From NCBI GenBank assembly GCA_947629745.1, contig CANREZ010000003.1:30713-94712 (forward strand): a DNA stretch of 64,000 bases, given 5' to 3'. Position 1 is the first letter of the stretch. Each line of letters starts with the position of its first letter. Origin of the DNA: an uncultured Clostridia bacterium (GTDB taxonomy: Bacteria > Bacillota > Clostridia > Christensenellales > UBA1242). The position numbers and the translations under genes are program-made. Of the stretch, positions 49,259 to 57,622 are shown piece after piece. A model generated the notes under the pieces. It did not search any database, was not told the origin of the DNA, and worked only from the letters and a program-made list of their open reading frames with translations.

Positions 49259-49472
49259 AGTTTCTCCTTTTTCTATAAAACTTTCCCCAAAATATATTAT
49301 TACATATTCATAAAGTACACTCTCCCGGGTGTTTCGTGCTGTAACTCAAAAAAAATATGTAATTTTTGGTCGCAGATGCTCGCTGGCATCCACACTTGTC
49401 AAGGCAAATTCCCCTTGATTTTTGGCATAATCAAGGCAACTTCGCCTATCTATCCCATATTACAGCAATCAT

Positions 49473-49501
49473 AGTTTAACCAAAATACGGCCTCTTGTCA
49501 A
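49473..49501 (-). promoter_or_regulatory. Promoter of the S10 operon
   Basis: Minus strand reads TTGACA (49501-49496), 17 nt, TAAACT (49478-49473), with an A/T-rich UP-like tract upstream. It gives a ~205-nt leader before rpsJ. Confidence 0.6.
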
Positions 49502-49608
49502 TACTTTTGCAACACAATTTTTACAAAATTTTTTTCGTGTAAATTGCACCCTTCTATGTATATAGAGAATATGGCTAATTAGTAACTCATTACACCTAAA
49601 GCATTGCC

Positions 49609-49653
49609 TACGCGTACGCGAATAATATATGTCCGCGTGTGCGTGCGCGCGCG
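49609..49653. other. GC-rich alternating pyrimidine-purine island (Z-DNA-prone) with a 10-bp palindrome
   Basis: tacgcgtacgcg (49609-49620, palindrome cgcgtacgcg) and a 20-nt perfect Y-R run cgcgtgtgcgtgcgcgcgcg (49634-49653), each followed by aataa. Confidence 0.5.
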
Positions 49654-49655
49654 AA

Positions 49656-49680
49656 TAAAAAATGTCACAATATGTGACAA
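49656..49680 (-). terminator. Terminator after the DUF1858-like gene
   Basis: Minus RNA UUUGUCACA-uauu-GUGACA followed by UUUUUUAUU. Confidence 0.65.
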
Positions 49681-49686
49681 ATTTTA

Positions 49687-49935
49687 TTACTTATTCAGTT
49701 CATTTAGTTTCTTTAGCATCAGATCTAGATCAATGCCGTGGATGATGCTAGCCTCTTCAATGCTCTCCATCTGGCTCATTGGGCAAGAGAAGCAGTGCAT
49801 CCCAAAGCCCATAAATACCTTGTCAGCACCTGGATAATTCTCCAGCACCTCTCCTAAGGTCATGGTCTTTGTTATCTTCTTATAATTCTTGTTATTAGTT
49901 AATTTTACTTCCTTTTTCGTTACTTTGCTTTTCAT
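49687..49935 (-). CDS. DUF1858 / hybrid-cluster-protein-associated redox disulfide domain protein
   Basis: KITKTMTLGEVLENYPGADKVFMGFGMHCFSCPMSQMESIEEASIIHGIDLDLMLKKLN matches the family pattern (MHC..CP....E.LEEA...HG.D). Start ATG 49935, 7 nt after AGGAG. Confidence 0.7.
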   Translation of the reverse strand: MKSKVTKKEVKLTNNKNYKKITKTMTLGEVLENYPGADKVFMGFGMHCFSCPMSQMESIEEASIIHGIDLDLMLKKLNELNK

Positions 49936-49939
49936 AATT

Positions 49940-51013
49940 CTACTCCTGTTTAAAGCCACAATATGGGCAATATTTGTACTCTACTCCTATCATTTTATCA
50001 CAATATCTGCATTGACGCAAATTTTCTTTCATATCCGAGAATGCGCCCTCGACATCGACCTTTTGCATAGTGACGTTGTTGTCAGCCGATACATTTGGCG
50101 CACTACCCCGCCTCCTAAGAATCACATCAGCACCAGTATCCTTGTTTTCTTCCTCAAAAGATGGAGCTTTCTCCACCTCGCTTGCTGTGTAATCGCTAAG
50201 CTGAGACGCGATATTCTCATCTAGATTCTCCACTTTGTCAGGCGTCTCGGGAAGAGTGATATCCATCCTCTGCTTCTCAATATTACTTCGCCTATATTCA
50301 GATAGATACTGATTGACAAGCATCTGCTCTTTCTTCTTCAAATTGATGGATGTGACGGATAGTGATAGTATCTCAATGCCACATTCCTCAAGGCGTGGCG
50401 CGACATAATCCTTTAGCGTTGTAGATAGTGTGTAGTTATCCGTAAGCATTGTAGTAAATGGAATGGTTGCGTCAGCTATATAGTCATTCACTGTCTGGCC
50501 GATGAGATCTGCTATGACGTTAGCAGCAAGATGGGACCTAATGAATGGATAGTCCATGAGTATTATACGCAATAATCCGCTCGTGTCAAGCACCCTATAT
50601 GTCGCAGTTCCCTCAAAATATCCCTTTATCTTGCCAAATTGCTCGGTCTTTAACTTAAACCTACTAGGGCTCTTCCAATACATATCGGTCATCTTGCCCA
50701 TATTGACGAAGTAGATATCGACATAGAAAAACTTCTTCGCACGGCCGTTGTTTGGCACTTTGTCCATCTTATTCTTCCTAAAAGTATTTGGGATGGAATT
50801 GAAGTTTAGCACATACTCCCCTGGTTCTAGCAAGTCGCAGACACGATCATTGATGACGAATGCTGCTAAATAGTCCATCGGGACGGAAATTTTCTTATTA
50901 ACCTTGTATTTGGCACGTTTTAGCGAATATGGACTCACTAGGTCGTCACTTGCGTCATTTGGAAGTGATATAGTGGATGAAAATAATCGTTTTACCTTAG
51001 AAAAGAATCCCAT
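49940..51013 (-). CDS. SPFH-domain protein with C-terminal zinc ribbon (COG4260-like, so-called virion core protein family)
   Basis: MGFFSKVKRLF N-terminus, ..YFVN....D..W, SPFH-like core, C-terminal CRYCDKMIGVEYKYCPYCG. Start ATG 51013 after AGGAG. Homology judged from memory of the family. Confidence 0.55.
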   Translation of the reverse strand: MGFFSKVKRLFSSTISLPNDASDDLVSPYSLKRAKYKVNKKISVPMDYLAAFVINDRVCDLLEPGEYVLNFNSIPNTFRKNKMDKVPNNGRAKKFFYVDIYFVNMGKMTDMYWKSPSRFKLKTEQFGKIKGYFEGTATYRVLDTSGLLRIILMDYPFIRSHLAANVIADLIGQTVNDYIADATIPFTTMLTDNYTLSTTLKDYVAPRLEECGIEILSLSVTSINLKKKEQMLVNQYLSEYRRSNIEKQRMDITLPETPDKVENLDENIASQLSDYTASEVEKAPSFEEENKDTGADVILRRRGSAPNVSADNNVTMQKVDVEGAFSDMKENLRQCRYCDKMIGVEYKYCPYCGFKQE

Positions 51014-51240
51014 GTTTTCTCCTATATTGCAGTATAGCACACCGAGAAATTTTTATGCAAACGCAATTGTGCATCATTCTATCCAAAAATTTAAAAATAA
51101 ATCCCGAAATCCGCTAGTGTATATTCCAAAAATATCCCACAAGACTACAATATCTTACATTTACTTTTACAAAATTTATCTAAAAGATAGACTATTCAAA
51201 AATTTTTTCTCATATAAATAAACATAGACGGAGGGCAAGA

Positions 51241-51969
51241 ATGATGAATTTATCCGACATCATAGGCAAAAAGGTGGTGTCAATGTATGACCTAAAATGT
51301 TGTGGGACAGTGACAAATATCCTGCTTGACAGCAAATCTAAGCGCGCAAAATACGCCATCATAGTGGAAGAAGACGACAACGAGAATATCACCTGGGTGC
51401 TAAATATGAGGGATATATTCAATATTTTTGAAGATGTCAGCATCAAGAATATCTCCACCCTTAGGCTAAAGAGCGAGATGGACCTAGAACTACTTGGCTA
51501 TCACAACCCTTTGTGCAACGAAGCCTATGACACACTGGGAAGACATATGGGTGTAGTCACTGACCTAGTGCTCGATGAATCGCACAAAGTGACGACATTC
51601 TCTACGAGTGTAGGTAATTTTACTGCCCAAGACGTGGTGTGCTTCAACTCAAATATCCTGCTTATAAAAAACGAGGCAAAAAAGTACTCCTCTTTTGCTC
51701 CTAGGAAGTCTCTGCCTACAAAAACTATTGATACACCCGAAGTAGTTACTATTCAGCCGGTCTTGCCAAGTATCTTAGCCCCAAATACTTATCCAAATAG
51801 ATATGTGGACAAATCTACCCTGCTCGGTCGCACAGTGACCCGCGTTGTCGCTGACTCAAGTGGCTTTGTCATAGCAAGACCAAATCAAATGGTCAATGAC
51901 ACGATCATAGAAAATGCTAGGCTCGCCGGCAAACTCCGCACACTACAAGAGTGCAGCATTAGAGTGTAA
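51241..51969 (+). CDS. Hypothetical protein, probable PRC-barrel domain repeats
   Basis: LSDIIGKKVVSMYDLKCCGTVTNILLDSKSKRAKYAII and YDTLGRHMGVVTDLVLDESHKVTTF resemble PRC-barrel (YlmC/YmxH-like) strands. SD GGAGGG. Weak call. Confidence 0.4.
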   Translation: MMNLSDIIGKKVVSMYDLKCCGTVTNILLDSKSKRAKYAIIVEEDDNENITWVLNMRDIFNIFEDVSIKNISTLRLKSEMDLELLGYHNPLCNEAYDTLGRHMGVVTDLVLDESHKVTTFSTSVGNFTAQDVVCFNSNILLIKNEAKKYSSFAPRKSLPTKTIDTPEVVTIQPVLPSILAPNTYPNRYVDKSTLLGRTVTRVVADSSGFVIARPNQMVNDTIIENARLAGKLRTLQECSIRV

Positions 51970-52032
51970 AATGTAGCATATAACTAGATAAATACAGAAA
52001 TTTTAACAACCTTTTGATATATAATATCACAT

Positions 52033-52065
52033 AAAAAAGAGTGTCATAAGACACCCTTTTTATTT
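52033..52065. terminator. Bidirectional terminator between convergent genes
   Basis: a6-gagtgtc-ataa-gacaccc-t5 (one G-U pair on the minus transcript), with A/T tracts on both sides. Confidence 0.65.
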
Positions 52066-52068
52066 TGA

Positions 52069-54162
52069 TTATTTCTTAGACTTCTTTGTAGTAGTGGTCG
52101 TTGTTTTCTTCGTGCCATTGCGCTTTACTGTAGTCTTCCTCTTAGTAGTAGTGACAGTCTCAGTCTCTGCTGGAGCTTTCTTTGCACGAGTACTCACGCG
52201 CGCTTTGTTTGTAATAGTCTTAGTGGAATTATTCTTTGCCTTATCCACCGAACTCTTTAGTCTAGATAGAGATTTCTTCAAGGAATCGACTTCCTTGTAC
52301 GCATTCTCCACATTCTCGTCAATTGCGGTGTTGGATTCGTTTTCCTTTAGCTTCTTCCTAGCAGCGTTTAGCTCAGCTAATTTTGCCTGTCCATCAGCAA
52401 GTGCATCGATAGTGTCGGACAGGGATTGTGACAAGCTCTCATACTCAGCCTGCAATCTATCGTTCTCAGCCTGCAAATCATTCTTTGCATCGGTGAGTGC
52501 GTCGATATTGACTGTGAGCTCTTGGCTCTTATTCTCGAGTTTCTCGTTAACAATATTTAGGTTATTATTAGCGGACTTTAACTTCTCATTTTCCACCATG
52601 AGGTCTTCATGCTTTTGCATTGCATTTAGAATATCAGCATTTTGCTCAGCTGAGATGCCATTACTCTTATTGAATTTCTGACCAGACATATACTCAGCAA
52701 AATCTGCTGATGTGAAGTATTCCTTGACATTCTGGAGGCCTTGGATCTCAGATAATTTCTTCTGATACTCGCCCTCTAGCTCGTCCACCCTATTTTGTAA
52801 TTGCTCACTAGTAGTGGTCTTTTCCTCAATGTTGCTCTCAAGCTTGTTGACAGATTCCTGGAGCTCCAATTGTTTGTCCTCTAGGTCCTTCACCACAGGC
52901 TCGGTCTGATGAATTACAGCGTCAGTCACCTGGCTATACACCTTGTTAACATACGTCTGGCACTCAGCAATCATAGCCTCTTCAGCTTGAGTTTTACGTT
53001 TCTCAATCTCAGCTTGGAATTTGTCAATCTCAGCCTGGAATGCGTCTTGGTCTTTCTTGAATGCAGATTGTGCCATCTCGTAGTCTTTGTTTAACTGTTG
53101 TAGTTTTGCACGCTCTTTATCTAATCTATTGCCTAGATAACTTGCCTCGATCTTAACTGATGTAGCACGAATTTGCTCGGACAATTGATTGAGGCTCTCT
53201 TTGCTGACCTGAGATTTCTTCTCATAATCACGAGTGACCTCGTCAAATTGCTTTTGGTGATTTTCCATCTCAATCTGCTTTGCCTTGATCCTCTCGGATA
53301 GGTTTCTCTTCACATTGATGTATTTCTCACTCTCGAGCATTGCCCTATCAATAAGTAGGGAATTGTCAACACCCAGTTTCTCAAAGTCGTATTTCTCGAA
53401 TGGAACGTTATTGATAGCTTCATTCTCTTTTGCTTGCTTCTCAAGCAGGTCACGTTTCTCCAAATATTCCTGCACGACAGGGAGACCTTGTTGGATCTCT
53501 TTCTTGGTGAATAACACCTCATAGTCGATGAAGAATGTGAGTGTGGAGCACGCTTTATTGATATTCCTCTCAAAGTCGTGATAGCTGTAGTACAAGTCAG
53601 ATGTAAGTGCACTATATCTTGTCTCCATGAAGGTGACAAATAGTAGTCCAAATATTAGCACAAGCAGTGGAATAGCAGCAGCTGTGATGAATATATCTGC
53701 CACTGAAATTGTCGCACTCTTGAATGCAACATATCCGAAACTAAGTAGGAATAGCGCAAGGGAAGTAATGAGTGTAAATGACTTTAGGTGCTTCGTCGTA
53801 TTCTTGTAATTAGCAAGCATAGATGGCTTGTCAATCACCTGCTCTGCTCCCATGTATTCACTAGGGAGTTTGTCACGATTCAGCAAATATTCATACCAAC
53901 AATACCTTAGCGTATTTGGCACTTTCCTCATCATGTTATTGAATTGCACCAAATTTTCCTTCGTGATATTAGGATTCTTCACGAAGAATTTGTTTAGCTT
54001 GTTGATAGATTTTAACAATCTCACCTCATATGATCTATTCGACCTAATGATGCTAAAGACTAGTAGTAATACGAGGACGCCAAGGCCTATGTACAATTGA
54101 TACTGCCAAGTCACATTGCCGATGTTCTTCAAAAATGAGATAAGCGATTCGATGATATTCAT
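52069..54162 (-). CDS. Hypothetical 3-TM membrane protein with ~450-aa coiled-coil tail and basic K/T-rich C-terminus
   Basis: Hydrophobic helices at about aa 21-39, 128-146 and 155-178, then continuous heptad-like E/K/Q/L sequence. It ends ...KRKTTVKRNGTKKTTTTTTKKSKK. It lies 97 nt downstream of addA with no obvious terminator between them. Confidence 0.65.
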   Translation of the reverse strand: MNIIESLISFLKNIGNVTWQYQLYIGLGVLVLLLVFSIIRSNRSYEVRLLKSINKLNKFFVKNPNITKENLVQFNNMMRKVPNTLRYCWYEYLLNRDKLPSEYMGAEQVIDKPSMLANYKNTTKHLKSFTLITSLALFLLSFGYVAFKSATISVADIFITAAAIPLLVLIFGLLFVTFMETRYSALTSDLYYSYHDFERNINKACSTLTFFIDYEVLFTKKEIQQGLPVVQEYLEKRDLLEKQAKENEAINNVPFEKYDFEKLGVDNSLLIDRAMLESEKYINVKRNLSERIKAKQIEMENHQKQFDEVTRDYEKKSQVSKESLNQLSEQIRATSVKIEASYLGNRLDKERAKLQQLNKDYEMAQSAFKKDQDAFQAEIDKFQAEIEKRKTQAEEAMIAECQTYVNKVYSQVTDAVIHQTEPVVKDLEDKQLELQESVNKLESNIEEKTTTSEQLQNRVDELEGEYQKKLSEIQGLQNVKEYFTSADFAEYMSGQKFNKSNGISAEQNADILNAMQKHEDLMVENEKLKSANNNLNIVNEKLENKSQELTVNIDALTDAKNDLQAENDRLQAEYESLSQSLSDTIDALADGQAKLAELNAARKKLKENESNTAIDENVENAYKEVDSLKKSLSRLKSSVDKAKNNSTKTITNKARVSTRAKKAPAETETVTTTKRKTTVKRNGTKKTTTTTTKKSKK

Positions 54163-54259
54163 TATGTTTCTCCTTTTTATTTACCTAGAAGCATTTTACC
54201 TATGCTACAAGTAGTATAACACAAAAGATTTTCTTGTACTAACAATTTTAAGCAATATT

Positions 54260-57200
54260 TTATACTTCCACCCAAGCGTTAGAATATGTGGAATAGATGA
54301 GTTTCTTTACCGGCACTCCATATCTTAGCTCTAGAGCCTTAGCGTATATGCCTAGCTGCACGGCGTACATATCAGCAATGCTATCAAGGTCACGCCTATT
54401 TGTCTTGTAGTCGACAAGTGTAATCTCCCCTGCTCCAAATATCACAAGGTCGCACACTCCTTGCACAAGAATTTTTGACTCAGTGCCACTGCCCGATATG
54501 ATATCCTTGTGTGGTACTTTCATCATAAATTGTGCTTCACACACATATTTCCTATTTGCAATTTTTGATAAGATATCACGCTTGGAATGCTCTATATTGT
54601 CAATATCTAGCATATTTCTGACATCAAGTGATATTTTGTTGTCTTTTAGTAACATATCAAGAACGGTTGCTATATCGACATCAGGATGCGTTAGTGCATA
54701 TTCTAGCACTCTGTGATAAGCTGTGCCGTACTCATTTGCACTAGCCCCATGTGCCATATCCGATGTGTGGAGCTTCCTTGGAGCATCGGTTAGCATCGTG
54801 TAGTCATCGGATTCCTTAAGTATGCTAGTCACAGTATTTTTTATCGCAATATCTGTGTCGTCCATATATGGGTAAGTGAAGTTCTGATAAGTCCTAATCT
54901 TATCCATCATGTCTTCACTCACACTGATATCAGCCTTAGCACTCTCCTCTTCTTCTTTAAACTTAGGTTCTTGGACTGATATGTCAAATTGGTATCCGCC
55001 GAATAACTTGACCGATGCTGACCCTGTCACTTTTAGACTAGTGTATTCCTTGGAATCTTTGATACAACCTAGTATCATGGATAGATAGTTGTCATATTCA
55101 TCCTCTAGAGGACTTAGCTGCCTATCAATCTTTGACATATCCATGCAACCTATCATGTATAGATGATTTTTTGCTCGAGTCAGTGCCACATACAGTAGTC
55201 TGATCCTCTCGGCATATTCTTCCTCAAATTTTGCAAGTTTCGTCGCATTAAAGAATATTGATCTTTGCAGTCTCCTGCTATCTATATCTCTATAATTGAT
55301 CCCAACGCCAAAGTCGTCCTGCACGATGATGGATTCCATTTGATCTTCTTTTGGCTTAACCTCTAGGAACGGGATGATGACGACTGGCCACTCTAGCCCT
55401 TTTGATTTGTGCATAGTCATGATGGTGACTGCATTGCTATCATCGGATAGCGTGACATCCACGCCGTCACCTGATTGTAGCAATTCTATTAGCGCCAGTG
55501 TCCTATAAATATTGCTATTGTCACTACTATTTAGGATGCTTAGGAATTTTTTCACATTAGTTATCCTACTGCCGTCCTTGTCACTAGCACGCAGGATGTT
55601 CTCTAGGTCGTAGCGATCTATCATGTAGTTTAGCATATTCACTACATTTCCCTCTTGCAATTTCTGCCTAAGGTCACGGAGGATGCTATAGGCATTTGCT
55701 ATCTTCGCCTCTATATCTTTATCGCCAGTGTAATTGGTAACACGCGTGTAGAAATTATCTCCCTCACTCCCCTGCTTTATCATCGCAAGTTCATTGCTTG
55801 AAAATTTGCACAGCGGCCCTGCAAGGAAGCTAGTAAGCGCTATATCGTCCTTGTCATTTGCCACACATTTTAGGATATCTACTAGCATCTGCACTTCGTA
55901 GCAGGCAAATAAGTCTATCTTAAAGTCAATCTTCACAGGTATCCCAGATTTCTTTAGCGTGTAGTAGATATTTAGCGCGTTAGTCCTATTCCTAAGGAGT
56001 ATTGCTATATCGCGATAATCAATCTTTTTATTCGTCCTAGTCTTGTAATCTAGCCTATCTGTGCCAAGGATGCCGCGAATGTATTCCACGATCTTTCCCG
56101 ACTGCAAATCTACATTTGGAAAATCCCGTGATGCCTTATTGAATATATCGAGCTTAATCGGCGCGTGGTTATCATTTTGCACACCATCGGGGTCACAGAT
56201 AAGGTCACAATTTGAGGCATATTCTATCCCACAATTGTCCTTATTCATTACTCGGTCGAAGATGAAGTTTACAAACTCCAATATATTTGTGCCGCTCCTG
56301 TAATTGAGGTTCAGATTATTGCACACACCACCGTTATTGAAGCTATAATCACTCTCTTTCTTTAGGAATATCTGTGGGGTGCAATTCCTAAATCCATAGA
56401 TGCTCTGTTTCACATCCCCTATCATGAATAGGTTCTTGCCATTTGAAATGCGTGTCACGATGTATTCCTGGCACTCGGTGAAATCCTGATACTCGTCAAC
56501 AAATATGTACTTGTAATTATCCGCTATGTCGTCACGTATCTCACTAATAGTGAGTAATTTTGCCGTATATTGCTCTATATCCACGAAGTCCACAAGGCCT
56601 CTTGTCTCCTTAGATTTTGCATATCTATCGCGGATCTTGGATACTACTTCAAATAATTTCTTCACTATATCCACATACAGTGGCTGATAATTGTCATAAT
56701 CGCGCTTAGTCTCAATGAGCGCAGCATATTTAGCGAGTTTGTCTGCAAAGACTGTGGCATATTGCTCGACCACGCCGTGCAATTCTTGGTCAGTCTCATA
56801 GTCATCGTCACTCACTTGAGGGATGACAGCATCAAATACTCCACTCGCCATATCGGCCATACTTTTACAATTAGCAATGCCCTCACACACCTCAATCATT
56901 GCACCACAAAGAGCACTATCTTTTAGCATACCTTTATCAATGCACGACCTTTGCACACGCTCTATCCTTTCTGCAAAAGTACTGAATTTTTCCTTAATAC
57001 ACTCATAGACAAAGGCAACGTACTCACTCTTGTCATATGGCTGCAATATTCGCTCAAGTAAGCGTGCCTCATACTGCTCAGGGTCGACCTTGGTATTTAG
57101 GAAGTCATTCAATTTCACAATAGCGTCGACTAAGTTGCTACTGCTGCGTTTTTTCTCGAAATATTCATACAGTTTCACATAATCTGGATCATCGCCACGA

Positions 57201-57622
57201 TTGTACTCATCAAGCACGCGCTCAATAGCGTTGTAGTACAAATATTGTTGTTCACTCGGGTCGACTATAGTTGTGCCCTGCCTAAGGCCTAGAGCATAGA
57301 AGTATTTGCTGACTAATTTATTGCCAATGCTATCGATTGTGCCGATATCAGACGCACCTACTCTATCTATCTCGTCACTACTTGCTCCTCGGTCAAGCAA
57401 CTCTGCCACCAAACGTTGTTTCATCTCCCCTGCTGCATTTTTGGTGAACGTGACCACCATGATGTTATTGATATCCGCATGGATATCAGGGTCAGTGGAG
57501 GATAATATGTACATCAATTTTTGTATCATTGTGTAGGTCTTGCCACTGCCTGCGGAGGCTGATAACAATATGTTTGTCCCAAATGTTTTTATGAACTGAT
57601 CTTGTTGTGTATTATTGCTCAC
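54260..57622 (-). CDS. addA: ATP-dependent helicase/nuclease subunit A (AddA/RexA)
   Basis: UvrD-like motifs (SASAGSGKTYTM Walker A, FVDEYQD, GDVKQSIYGFR) and a C-terminal RecB-type nuclease (GVCDLV...VDYKT). Confidence 0.9.
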   Translation of the reverse strand: MSNNTQQDQFIKTFGTNILLSASAGSGKTYTMIQKLMYILSSTDPDIHADINNIMVVTFTKNAAGEMKQRLVAELLDRGASSDEIDRVGASDIGTIDSIGNKLVSKYFYALGLRQGTTIVDPSEQQYLYYNAIERVLDEYNRGDDPDYVKLYEYFEKKRSSSNLVDAIVKLNDFLNTKVDPEQYEARLLERILQPYDKSEYVAFVYECIKEKFSTFAERIERVQRSCIDKGMLKDSALCGAMIEVCEGIANCKSMADMASGVFDAVIPQVSDDDYETDQELHGVVEQYATVFADKLAKYAALIETKRDYDNYQPLYVDIVKKLFEVVSKIRDRYAKSKETRGLVDFVDIEQYTAKLLTISEIRDDIADNYKYIFVDEYQDFTECQEYIVTRISNGKNLFMIGDVKQSIYGFRNCTPQIFLKKESDYSFNNGGVCNNLNLNYRSGTNILEFVNFIFDRVMNKDNCGIEYASNCDLICDPDGVQNDNHAPIKLDIFNKASRDFPNVDLQSGKIVEYIRGILGTDRLDYKTRTNKKIDYRDIAILLRNRTNALNIYYTLKKSGIPVKIDFKIDLFACYEVQMLVDILKCVANDKDDIALTSFLAGPLCKFSSNELAMIKQGSEGDNFYTRVTNYTGDKDIEAKIANAYSILRDLRQKLQEGNVVNMLNYMIDRYDLENILRASDKDGSRITNVKKFLSILNSSDNSNIYRTLALIELLQSGDGVDVTLSDDSNAVTIMTMHKSKGLEWPVVIIPFLEVKPKEDQMESIIVQDDFGVGINYRDIDSRRLQRSIFFNATKLAKFEEEYAERIRLLYVALTRAKNHLYMIGCMDMSKIDRQLSPLEDEYDNYLSMILGCIKDSKEYTSLKVTGSASVKLFGGYQFDISVQEPKFKEEEESAKADISVSEDMMDKIRTYQNFTYPYMDDTDIAIKNTVTSILKESDDYTMLTDAPRKLHTSDMAHGASANEYGTAYHRVLEYALTHPDVDIATVLDMLLKDNKISLDVRNMLDIDNIEHSKRDILSKIANRKYVCEAQFMMKVPHKDIISGSGTESKILVQGVCDLVIFGAGEITLVDYKTNRRDLDSIADMYAVQLGIYAKALELRYGVPVKKLIYSTYSNAWVEV

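Noticed and set aside
49604-49837. 77-aa plus-strand ORF starting in the GC island
   Set aside because: Its Arg/Cys/Val-rich start simply reflects the (CG/TG)n run, and the rest is antisense to the DUF1858 gene. There is no SD.
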